Below, piece by piece: positions 46,585-54,927 of a stretch of DNA of 64,000 nucleotides; the first letter of the stretch is position 1; the number at the start of each line of letters is the position of its first letter. The position numbers were made by a program, and so were the translations under genes. Origin of the DNA: Faecousia sp. (GTDB lineage Bacteria; Bacillota; Clostridia; Oscillospirales; Oscillospiraceae); NCBI GenBank assembly GCA_045590815.1, contig JAZNRS010000026.1, forward strand, positions 1,151 through 65,150, in the 5' to 3' direction. The notes below the pieces were generated by a model. The model did not search any database, was not told the origin of the DNA, and saw nothing but the letters and a program-made list of their open reading frames with translations.

Positions 46585-47349
46585 TTACTTACTGCTAAAG
46601 AATGCCTCCATCTCAGCATCCGTCATTGTGGACAAATGCGGAGTAATATCCTCCACCGGCTGAATAGACGCAATTATTTCTTCCAACTGCGTATCCGAAT
46701 AATCGGCAGGAACCTCAAGGTAGAACAGATATTCACCATCGCTCCAGTAGAAGATCCGCTTTCCGGGCAGATTACCGATGGTCTCCTGTTCCATCAAACA
46801 TCCCTGAATTTCGCCCAGTGTACACATTCCACAGGCAGGCTTTTCGCCGGGATCTGTCCATATGGAAACCGCATAATCCTCGGGCTGACAGGCGTTTCCG
46901 GCTACCTGCGTAAAGAAAATCTGCCGTCCGGTTTCATTGTCCAGCCAACCAAAGGATGCCAGCATTTGATCCTTGTACACATGACCAAGATACTGCTCAA
47001 ACTCCGCAGGAACCTGGGAAACAACATAATAGTCTTGGATCCGTGCCGGGGCGTCCGCAAGGATATCCACTTCCAACACAACATTATGCTTTTGCACCTG
47101 GGGGCTTTCTCCATTATCCGGGTTTGTGGGCATAAAATACGCCGACTCATCGCTCTGTACTTCTGCGCTCTTCAGTGCGTTTCGGATCAGAGGCGCAGCA
47201 GCGGCAGTCAATGCAAGACCTGCTACAACCGCCGCAATTAATGCCACACGCCAGCCCAGCTTCCGGACTGTACCGGCACTTCTGCCCTTTTCCATCAGAA
47301 TATCCTCCTCCAGATTTCCAATGGTTTCCAACAAGGTCTCACTTTTCAT
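46585..47349 (-). CDS. Putative membrane anti-sigma factor
   Basis: L.E.IG.LEED.L N-terminus, one TM helix, FYWSDG motif; overlaps the ECF sigma gene. Confidence 0.7.
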   Translation of the reverse strand: MKSETLLETIGNLEEDILMEKGRSAGTVRKLGWRVALIAAVVAGLALTAAAAPLIRNALKSAEVQSDESAYFMPTNPDNGESPQVQKHNVVLEVDILADAPARIQDYYVVSQVPAEFEQYLGHVYKDQMLASFGWLDNETGRQIFFTQVAGNACQPEDYAVSIWTDPGEKPACGMCTLGEIQGCLMEQETIGNLPGKRIFYWSDGEYLFYLEVPADYSDTQLEEIIASIQPVEDITPHLSTMTDAEMEAFFSSK

Positions 47350-47905
47350 AAATGTATCCCTCCTTGATCAGGTAATCCTTTAACTTTTTCCGTGTTCGTG
47401 ACAGGATCATAAGTACATTGCTTTCCTTTAGACCGTACTGCGCCGCAATCTCACCGGTGTCTTCCAGATAGAAATAACGCCTCAGAAAAATGTGACGGTT
47501 TCGCTGGGGTAATGTTTGCAGAAAGGCCGCAACCGTCTTTGTCAATTCCTGCCGTTCCAAAACATCCTGCGGTTCTTTCCCGCCGCCCACGCACTCCGAC
47601 AACTCATCCAACGCAAGCACAACCGTCCTGCCGCCACGTTTTTCCGCACTTTCAGCACGCCAACGGCTAAACGCAAGATTTCTGACGATTTTCGCCAAAT
47701 AAAGCTTCAGCGCCAGGGGATGATTCGGCGGAACGGTGTTCCATACTCGCAGATAAGAATCGCTAATCGTTTCTTCCACGTCCATATCATTTGACAAAAT
47801 TCGGCGTGTGATTTGTCCACAGTATGTGCCATACTTCTTAGCCGTCATCTCAATTGCCCGTTCATCCCGGGCGAGATACAGTTCTACGATCTGTTCATCT
47901 GTCAT
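47339..47905 (-). CDS. ECF RNA polymerase sigma factor
   Basis: RDERAI...YG.Y...W.TVPP; IFLRRY...LSRTRKKLK. Confidence 0.92.
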   Translation of the reverse strand: MTDEQIVELYLARDERAIEMTAKKYGTYCGQITRRILSNDMDVEETISDSYLRVWNTVPPNHPLALKLYLAKIVRNLAFSRWRAESAEKRGGRTVVLALDELSECVGGGKEPQDVLERQELTKTVAAFLQTLPQRNRHIFLRRYFYLEDTGEIAAQYGLKESNVLMILSRTRKKLKDYLIKEGYIYEK

Positions 47906-48014
47906 GGTTTTTCCTCCTTGAAGAGCCCTTCTGTCTTATAAGACGCAATCCGCAGAGCATTCTAACACAAGAAAACGATTGTTTATATGATTAGTGGCGC
48001 ACCAAATAGAAGTA

Positions 48015-48130
48015 TGTCATTGCGAGGAGCAAAGCGACCTGGCAATCTCCTGGTAAAATCTCTCCAACTGCACAGCGCCATTTCCGTTGTACCGGGAGAT
48101 TGCCACGGGCCTGCGGCCCTCGCAATGACA
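48015..48130. repeat. Family A repeat, inverted pair
   Basis: TGTCATTGCGAGG...GGCAATCTCC-spacer-GGAGATTGCCAC...CTCGCAATGACA. Confidence 0.9.
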
Positions 48131-48147
48131 GCAAATCCAGGCAAAAT

Positions 48148-48178
48148 AAAACCCGCTCTGGAGAATCCAGAGCGGGTT
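48148..48178 (-). terminator. rpsU terminator
   Basis: AAAACCCGCTCTGG-AGAAT-CCAGAGCGGGTT. Confidence 0.8.
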
Positions 48179-48203
48179 AATGAGCATATAGCAAGAGGGA
48201 ATA

Positions 48204-48386
48204 TTAATAGAACTTTCTCTTGTTCTTACGGGCAGCTTCAGACTTCTGCTTACGCTTCAGGCTGGGGCTGACGTAATGCTCGCGCTTCTTAACTTCGGCA
48301 ATAACGCCCTCCTTGGCGCAGCTCCGCTTAAAACGGCGCAGGGCGCTCTCCAGAGATTCGTTTTCCTTAACGCGAATTTCAGACAT
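48204..48386 (-). CDS. rpsU: 30S ribosomal protein S21
   Basis: [14 protein letters not shown]...KREHY.SPS. Confidence 0.96.
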   Translation of the reverse strand: MSEIRVKENESLESALRRFKRSCAKEGVIAEVKKREHYVSPSLKRKQKSEAARKNKRKFY

Positions 48387-48453
48387 TGTTTTCCCTCCCT
48401 CCGATGGCATCCGGCTATTTCCAGGATGCGTTCAGGACCATATCGGCTTGACT

Positions 48454-48482
48454 ATTATACGCACATTTTTGCCAATTGTCAA
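48454..48482 (-). promoter_or_regulatory. Sigma-A promoter of rpsU
   Basis: TTGACA-17 bp-TATAAT. Confidence 0.85.
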
Positions 48483-48519
48483 GTATGAAAAACATTTTTT
48501 GATGTTTTTTCAGTAAAAA

Positions 48520-50946
48520 TTACTTAACGATCAGGTTTACCAGCTTGTTTTTGACCACAATGGTCTTCACGATGGAGCCGCCGTTCTTCTCCAGGAACCG
48601 GGCGATCTTCTCATCAGCCAGCACGTTGGCGATGACCGCATCGTTATCCAGGTCCGCCTCCATCACCACGGTGCCGCGCATTTTGCCGTTGACCTGCACC
48701 GCCAGGGTGATCTCGGAATCCTTGCATTTTTCCTCGCAGTAGGTGGGCCAGCTCTCATAGGCGATGGTGGTATCGTGACCCAGGATCTGCCAAATTTCCT
48801 CGCCCACATGGGGGGTAATGCAGGAGATCATCTTGATGAAGCCCTCGGCATATTCTCTGGGGCAGGTGCCATTCTTATAGACCTCGTTGACGAACACCAT
48901 CATCTGTGCGATGGCGGTGTTGAAGCCCAGGGCTTCAAAGTCAGAGGTGACCTTCTTGACAGTCTGATGATAGATCTTGGTCAGCTTGCCGTCGTCAGCA
49001 TCGGTGATGTTATCGGTTTCGGTGAAGAAGTTCCACACACGGTTGATGAACTTCTTAGCGCCGGCTACACCGGTGGTGCTCCAGGGCTTGGAGACCTCCA
49101 GCGGGCCCATGAACATCTCGTAAAGACGCAGGGTATCCGCACCGTACTCCCGAACCACATCACTGGGGTTGACCACGAATTCCGGGAAGCGCTTGCCCAT
49201 CTTGATGCCGTTTTCGCCCAGGATCATGCCCTGGTGCACCAGCTTCTTGAAGGGCTCCTTCACCGGGGACAAACCCTGGTCATACAGGAAGCGGTTCCAA
49301 ATTCTCGAATAGATCAGGTGACCAACGGCGTGCTCCGGGCCGCCAACGTAAAGATCCACAGGCATCCAGTGCTTCAGCAGCTCCGGATCGCAGAATGCCT
49401 TCTCGTTCTTGGGATCGATGTAACGCATGAAGTACCAGGAAGAACCGGCACTACCGGGCATGGTAGAGGTTTCCCGGATACCCTTGATGCCATTGTTATC
49501 GTAGTGCTTCCACTCGGTGGCATTTTCCAGAGGTGCCTGACCGCCACGTCCCTTGTAGTCCTCCAGCACCGGCAGCACCAGAGGCAGCTCCTCATCGGGC
49601 AGGAAAACGGTTTCGCCATCTTCCGTATACACGCAGGGAACCGGCTCGCCCCAGTAGCGCTGACGGGCGAAGATCCACTCACGGAAGTGGTAATTGTTCT
49701 TTCTGCGGGCCACACCGGCCTGCTCCAGCTTGCAGGTGATGGCCTCCTTGGCCTCCTCCACCGTCAGACCGGTGAACTCCTGGGAGTTGATCAGCTTGCA
49801 GCCCTTGCCCAGGTAATCCTGCTTCTCAAAAGCGCACTCGGACACATCCCGACCCTCGATGACCTGGATCATGGGGATATTATGGGCAACAGCGTACTCA
49901 AAGTCACGCTGATCGTGGCTGGGAACTGCCATAACGGCGCCGGTGCCGTAATTGCCCAGGACGAAGTCGCCGATGAACACGGGAACTTCCTTGCCGTTGA
50001 CGGGATTGATGGCGTAGATACCCTCCAGCTTGCAGCCGGTCTTGGTCTTGCTGGCATCGGTACGGTCGATCTCGCTCTTCTTGGCAGCCTCGGCGATGTA
50101 AGCCTCCACCTCGGCACGGTTCTCCACGCGATCCAGCAGAGATTCGGTGATCTTGCCGTCGGGTGCCAGCACCATGAAGGTGATGCCGTAAATGGTTTCA
50201 ATGCAGGTGGTGTAGATGGAGAACTCGCCGCCGCCCACCAGCTTGAAATCCACCTCAACGCCGGTGGACTTGCCGATCCAGTTGCGCTGGATCTCCTTGG
50301 TGGAGGTGGGCCAATCGATCTCCTCCAGACCCTCCAGCAGCTTTTCGGCGAAGGCAGGCTGGTCGATGACCCACTGCATCATCATCTTCTTCACAACGGG
50401 ATGACCGCCACGCTCGGACTTGCCGTCGATGACCTCATCGTTGGCAAGGACGGTGCCCAGGGCTTCACACCAGTTCACGGGCATTTCAATGCGCTTGGCG
50501 TAACCGGCCTCCCACAGCTTCTTGAAGATCCACTGGGTCCACTTGTAGAAATCCGGGTCGGAGGTAGCGATGACCTTGCTCCAGTCATAGTCGAAGCCCA
50601 GCTCCTTCAGCTGATTAGAGAAGGTAGCGATGTTCTTTTGGGTGAAGCCATTGGGGTGGTTGCCGGTGTCCACCGCATACTGCTCCGCAGGCAGACCGAA
50701 GGAGTCGTAGCCCATGGGGTGCAGAACGTTGTAGCCCTGCATCCGCTTCATGCGGGACATAATATCAGTGGCGGTGTAGCCCTCGGGATGGCCTGCGTGC
50801 AGACCCACGCCGGAGGGGTACGGGAACATATCCAGCACATAGTACTTGGGCTTGGAGAAATCCCACACATCGGTGGCGAAGGTGTTGTTTTCCTCCCAAT
50901 ACTTGTGCCATTTTGCCTCAATGGCGGAAAAATCGTAATTTGGCAT
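48520..50946 (-). CDS. leuS: Leucine--tRNA ligase
   Basis: MFPYPSG.GLHAGH, GTGAVMAVPSHDQRD, VQVNGKMRG; KMGKR at the KMSKS position. Confidence 0.97.
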   Translation of the reverse strand: MPNYDFSAIEAKWHKYWEENNTFATDVWDFSKPKYYVLDMFPYPSGVGLHAGHPEGYTATDIMSRMKRMQGYNVLHPMGYDSFGLPAEQYAVDTGNHPNGFTQKNIATFSNQLKELGFDYDWSKVIATSDPDFYKWTQWIFKKLWEAGYAKRIEMPVNWCEALGTVLANDEVIDGKSERGGHPVVKKMMMQWVIDQPAFAEKLLEGLEEIDWPTSTKEIQRNWIGKSTGVEVDFKLVGGGEFSIYTTCIETIYGITFMVLAPDGKITESLLDRVENRAEVEAYIAEAAKKSEIDRTDASKTKTGCKLEGIYAINPVNGKEVPVFIGDFVLGNYGTGAVMAVPSHDQRDFEYAVAHNIPMIQVIEGRDVSECAFEKQDYLGKGCKLINSQEFTGLTVEEAKEAITCKLEQAGVARRKNNYHFREWIFARQRYWGEPVPCVYTEDGETVFLPDEELPLVLPVLEDYKGRGGQAPLENATEWKHYDNNGIKGIRETSTMPGSAGSSWYFMRYIDPKNEKAFCDPELLKHWMPVDLYVGGPEHAVGHLIYSRIWNRFLYDQGLSPVKEPFKKLVHQGMILGENGIKMGKRFPEFVVNPSDVVREYGADTLRLYEMFMGPLEVSKPWSTTGVAGAKKFINRVWNFFTETDNITDADDGKLTKIYHQTVKKVTSDFEALGFNTAIAQMMVFVNEVYKNGTCPREYAEGFIKMISCITPHVGEEIWQILGHDTTIAYESWPTYCEEKCKDSEITLAVQVNGKMRGTVVMEADLDNDAVIANVLADEKIARFLEKNGGSIVKTIVVKNKLVNLIVK

Positions 50947-50969
50947 TGTAAGCACCTCTCAAATTATCG

Positions 50970-51064
50970 TGTCATCGCGAACCAGTCCGCAGACTGGTGT
51001 GGCGATCCCCCAAGTATTCGGAGATTGCCACGCCAGTGACGTCGTTCACTGGCTCGCAATGACA
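50970..51064. repeat. Family A repeat, inverted pair
   Basis: TGTCATCGCGAACCAG...GTGGCGATC / GAGATTGCCAC...GCAATGACA. Confidence 0.9.
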
Positions 51065-51071
51065 TCAAGTT

Positions 51072-51434
51072 TTATTCAGGGATAATAATATCTTTCAGAT
51101 CAACACTTTCTCCGTCGGCCCACAGGCGCTCCAGGTCATAGAAGGCTCTGGCCTCGTCGGTGAAAACGTGGACTACCACGCTGCCGTAGTCCAGCAGCTC
51201 CCAGGAATTGCCCCGGTGACCCTCACGGCCCAGCATGGTTTCGCCCAGCTCCTCCATGACGTACTCCGCATAGTCGCACAGGGTCTTGACGTGGGTGTTG
51301 GAGGTACCGGTGCAGATCAGAAAATAGTCCGCAAGGCTGGATACCCGGTCGATCTTCAGTAGCTTAATATCCATGCCCTTCTTGGCATCCAATGCCTTGG
51401 TAACCTGATAGGCAACTTCTTTTGCAGTTAACAT
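51072..51434 (-). CDS. rsfS: Ribosome silencing factor
   Basis: ADYFLICTG, WELLDYG, FYDLERLW. Confidence 0.95.
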   Translation of the reverse strand: MLTAKEVAYQVTKALDAKKGMDIKLLKIDRVSSLADYFLICTGTSNTHVKTLCDYAEYVMEELGETMLGREGHRGNSWELLDYGSVVVHVFTDEARAFYDLERLWADGESVDLKDIIIPE

Positions 51435-51453
51435 AATATCTATCCTTTCAGAA

Positions 51454-52626
51454 TTATTTCAAATATGACAGCGCGGCCGAGGTCTGTGGAGAAACCTCGC
51501 TCCCCTGCCGAGCCAAATGCTCCAGGGTCATTTCCAGCCCCAGCTTCAGCGCTCCGTCCAAGTCGGAAAACGCCAATTCCCGGAGCCGCTCTACGCCGGG
51601 GAAATCCCGGTTGGGCTCCATATAGTCTGCCACATAAATGATCTTTTCCAACACATTCATATCACCCTTGCCGGTGGTATGACTGGCAATAGCGGCAACC
51701 ACCGCTTCGTTTTCCCCGAAGATCCGCTCCGCCACCAGCGAGCCTGTGAGAGCATGGAGAGTCTTGGGATATTTTCGGTCGAAAGCACTTAGCATGGTAC
51801 CATATTCGCCGCACAATGTCAATTGCAGAGGCCCATCCAGTGCCTTGGTCACGTCGTGGAGAAGTCCTGCCCGGGCGGCATCGGTTTCATCTGCACCCCA
51901 GCGCTTCGCCAGCTCCACCGCCGTATCCCGGCAGCCAAGCACATGGCGGACCCGATTCTTTTTCAGCAGGCTCAGTACCACCGGCTCCAGCCGCTCCATG
52001 GGGAGATTTTTGTAATCTCCACCGGCGCCGTACAAGCCGTTGGCGACAATGTAATCGCCCACACCTGCCGGCAGAAACGGCTCGGCGCAGCCGAACACCA
52101 GCATTCTGCGAAGCTGGGTAGAAGAAATGTCCACCACATCGTTGCAAACCGTATAAACGGTATGACCGGCTGCTTCCATTTCTGCCTTTTTCCCATCGAT
52201 GGCGGCTTTTTCGCCCTTTTCGCCCCGGTAGAACACGCCGAGGGATGCTTGGGCAAGAATCCTTTCCGGGCAACGCCACTCATGGAAAGTCAGAAACATA
52301 TCCGTTCCCATGAACAATATCAGCTCATCTTCCGGATATTCCTTGCGTAGCTGCTCCACCGTTTCATATGTGAAGCTCTTCCCTTCCCGGCGCAGCTCCA
52401 TGTCGGAAAGCTCCATATTGGGCTCGTTTTCCAGGGCAATACGCAGCATTTCCAAGCGCTGCTGGGGATTAGGAGAGCCCTCCGGGATCTCCTTATGAGG
52501 CGCAATGCGATCCGGGATCACCAGCAGCTTCTCAAGCGCCAAAGCGCGCACTGCCTCCCTGGCTGCCCGGATGTGTCCGATATGAGGCGGATTAAAGGTA
52601 CCGCCATAAATGCCGATCCTGCCCAT
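51454..52626 (-). CDS. nadD: NadD fused to YqeK (HD-domain Ap4A hydrolase)
   Basis: GGTFNPPHIGH...ISSTQLR followed by LLHD, HTTG, ADYMEP. Confidence 0.93.
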   Translation of the reverse strand: MGRIGIYGGTFNPPHIGHIRAAREAVRALALEKLLVIPDRIAPHKEIPEGSPNPQQRLEMLRIALENEPNMELSDMELRREGKSFTYETVEQLRKEYPEDELILFMGTDMFLTFHEWRCPERILAQASLGVFYRGEKGEKAAIDGKKAEMEAAGHTVYTVCNDVVDISSTQLRRMLVFGCAEPFLPAGVGDYIVANGLYGAGGDYKNLPMERLEPVVLSLLKKNRVRHVLGCRDTAVELAKRWGADETDAARAGLLHDVTKALDGPLQLTLCGEYGTMLSAFDRKYPKTLHALTGSLVAERIFGENEAVVAAIASHTTGKGDMNVLEKIIYVADYMEPNRDFPGVERLRELAFSDLDGALKLGLEMTLEHLARQGSEVSPQTSAALSYLK

Positions 52627-52650
52627 ACACATTGCCCCCTATACATTCTC

Positions 52651-52751
52651 TGTCATTCCGAGCCAGTGCGCACACTGGCGTGGGAATCTCCAAGATTTGC
52701 AGAAAAACCAGGGGATTGCCACACCAGTCTGCGGACTGGTTCGCAATGACA
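52651..52751. repeat. Family A repeat, inverted pair
   Basis: TGTCATTCCGAGCCAG...GTGGGAATC / GGGATTGCCAC...GCAATGACA. Confidence 0.9.
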
Positions 52752-52760
52752 TATTTTCTT

Positions 52761-53231
52761 TTAGTCTTCTCCACGGAGCTGCTTTTCCCGGCTCCGCTCG
52801 ATGGCCTTGTCGATGGCCTGCTGGCGGAAATACTGATTCCGCTGCTCACGCACCTTCTTCTCCGCCGCACGCCGTGCCCGGGCACCCTTTGCCACGGGAT
52901 TGGACTTGCTCACGGGAGTGGACTTGCGCTTGGCACGACCGGTCTGGTTGCGCTCCTGCTGGCACTTCTCACTGAAGCGATAGATCACAAACTTGGTACC
53001 GATCACAGACACGCCGTCTGCGCCGGTGGCTTCACAAATAGCATCGGACACCTCTCTGGGGGTCATGAAGGCGCTCTCCAGCACCTTACCCTTGATCAGC
53101 TCACGGGCGGTGAGCTGGGTATCCGCCTCGGAGATGACGGTATCCGTCACGCCCTCCTTGCCCACCATGAGGGTGGTTTCCAGGGCGTTGGCACGGGCAC
53201 GCAGCTCCGCTCTTTCTTTACTGGTCAGCAT
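52761..53231 (-). CDS. yhbY: YhbY (CRM) RNA-binding protein with basic C-terminal extension
   Basis: LTSKERAELR...VGKEG...RELIK. Confidence 0.9.
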   Translation of the reverse strand: MLTSKERAELRARANALETTLMVGKEGVTDTVISEADTQLTARELIKGKVLESAFMTPREVSDAICEATGADGVSVIGTKFVIYRFSEKCQQERNQTGRAKRKSTPVSKSNPVAKGARARRAAEKKVREQRNQYFRQQAIDKAIERSREKQLRGED

Positions 53232-53823
53232 AACCTGCCTCCTTTAATTTCTCATAAAACACACGCAGCGCCTTGCCCCGGTGGGACACCTCATGCTTCT
53301 GCTCAGCGCTGATCTCGGCAGTGGTCTTGCCGAAGGGGGGATAATAGAAAATCGGGTCGTAGCCGAAACCGTTTTCCCCACGGGGCTCCCTGGTCAGCTC
53401 GCCGTGGATCTCGCCACGGGCTTGAATGGTCTGCCCGTCGGGAGTGATCATGGTGATGACGCAGACAAATTGCGCCTGACGCTGACCGTCGGGGATACTC
53501 TCCGCATTCTTCAGCAGAAGCTGAAGCCGCCCCCAATCGTCCAGGGTATCGTCAAAGCCATACCGGGCGGAATAGATCCCCGGCTCGCCGTTGAGTGCGT
53601 CCACCGCAATACCGGAATCGTCCGCCAAAGCAGGCAGACCGGTGGCTTTCATCACGGCATAGGCCTTCTGGTAGGAATTTTCCTCGAAGGTGGTACCGGT
53701 TTCTTCCACGTCCAGGTCGATGCCCAGCTCCGACTGCAGCACCAATTCAAAACCGAATTTCTTGGTGATTTCACTGATCTCCACCAGTTTATGGGGATTT
53801 TTGCTTGCTAATACTATTTTCAT
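53218..53823 (-). CDS. rdgB: dITP/XTP pyrophosphatase
   Basis: ADDSG, GIYSARY, GFGYDPIF, SHRG. Confidence 0.95.
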   Translation of the reverse strand: MKIVLASKNPHKLVEISEITKKFGFELVLQSELGIDLDVEETGTTFEENSYQKAYAVMKATGLPALADDSGIAVDALNGEPGIYSARYGFDDTLDDWGRLQLLLKNAESIPDGQRQAQFVCVITMITPDGQTIQARGEIHGELTREPRGENGFGYDPIFYYPPFGKTTAEISAEQKHEVSHRGKALRVFYEKLKEAGYADQ

Positions 53824-53842
53824 TGGTACTCCTAAATATTAA

Positions 53843-53883
53843 GGGGATTGCCACGCCAGCGTGCGCGCTGGCTCGCAATGACA
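53843..53883 (+). repeat. Family A repeat, single unit
   Basis: GGGGATTGCCACGCCAGCGTGCGCGCTGGCTCGCAATGACA. Confidence 0.9.
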
Positions 53884-53888
53884 CCGGT

Positions 53889-54794
53889 TTAGATAAGGGC
53901 CTCCACGAAGTCACGGGCAACAAAGGGCATCAAGTCGTCTGCCTGCTCGCCCACGCCCACGAACTTCACGGGAATCTGCAGCGCATCGGACACAGCAATG
54001 ACAATACCGCCCTTGGCGGTGCCGTCCAGCTTAGTCAAGGCGATGGCGGTGACGCCGGCGATCTCCTTAAACTGCTTTGCCTGGATCAGACCGTTCTGGC
54101 CGGTGGTACCATCCAGCACCAGCAGCACTTCCTTGGAAGCCTCCGGCAGCTCACGATTTACGATGCGGCTGATCTTATTCAGCTCATTCATCAGGTTTGC
54201 CTTATTGTGAAGCCGTCCGGCGGTGTCGATGATGATCACATCCACATCTCTTGCCCGGGCAGCCTGAATGCCGTCATATACTACAGAAGCCGGATCCGCA
54301 CCCTCGTGCTGGCGGACAATGTCCGCGCCGGAGCGACCTGCCCAGACCTCAAGCTGATCTGCGGCGGCGGCACGGAAGGTATCGCCGGCAACCAGTAGCA
54401 CCTTCTTGCCTTGGTTAACAAGCTGGGTTGCGATCTTGCCGATGGTGGTGGTCTTGCCCACGCCGTTGACACCGATGACCAAGATCACGCTGGGGGTAGT
54501 GGACAGATTCAGCTGTGCATCCCCCACATTCAGCATCTCAACCAAAATATCCTTCAGGGCGGCCTTGGCCTCCTCCGGGGTCTTCAGGTGCTGCTCCCGG
54601 ATGGTCTTGCGCAGGCGCTCGGTTGCCTTGGTGGCGGTTTCCACGCCCAGGTCAGCCAGGATCAAGCTCTCTTCCAGCTCATCGTAAAAATCATCGTCCA
54701 ACTGGCTGAAGCCGGAGAAAACATTACCCAGGGTATTGCTCAAGGCATCTCTGGTTTTAGCCAGACCGGCCTTAATTTTATCAAAAAATCCCAT
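53889..54794 (-). CDS. ftsY: SRP receptor FtsY
   Basis: GVNGVGKTTT, DTFRAAA, DTAGR, TKLDGTAKGG. Confidence 0.97.
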   Translation of the reverse strand: MGFFDKIKAGLAKTRDALSNTLGNVFSGFSQLDDDFYDELEESLILADLGVETATKATERLRKTIREQHLKTPEEAKAALKDILVEMLNVGDAQLNLSTTPSVILVIGVNGVGKTTTIGKIATQLVNQGKKVLLVAGDTFRAAAADQLEVWAGRSGADIVRQHEGADPASVVYDGIQAARARDVDVIIIDTAGRLHNKANLMNELNKISRIVNRELPEASKEVLLVLDGTTGQNGLIQAKQFKEIAGVTAIALTKLDGTAKGGIVIAVSDALQIPVKFVGVGEQADDLMPFVARDFVEALI

Positions 54795-54815
54795 AATCGT
54801 TCCTTTCAATCTCGC

Positions 54816-54920
54816 TGTCATTCCGAGGCCCGAAGGGCCGTGGGAATCCCCAAAATAAACAGGACAGCCTAAAGTTCTCGGAGATTGCCACGCTAGTGTG
54901 CGCACGGGCTCGCAATGACA
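54816..54920. repeat. Family A repeat, inverted pair
   Basis: TGTCATTCCGAGGCC...GTGGGAATC / GAGATTGCCAC...GCAATGACA. Confidence 0.9.
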
Positions 54921-54927
54921 CAGTATA

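Noticed and set aside
50947-51071. T-box riboswitch upstream of leuS
   Set aside because: The interval is filled by a family A inverted pair; no T-box motif or terminator is present.
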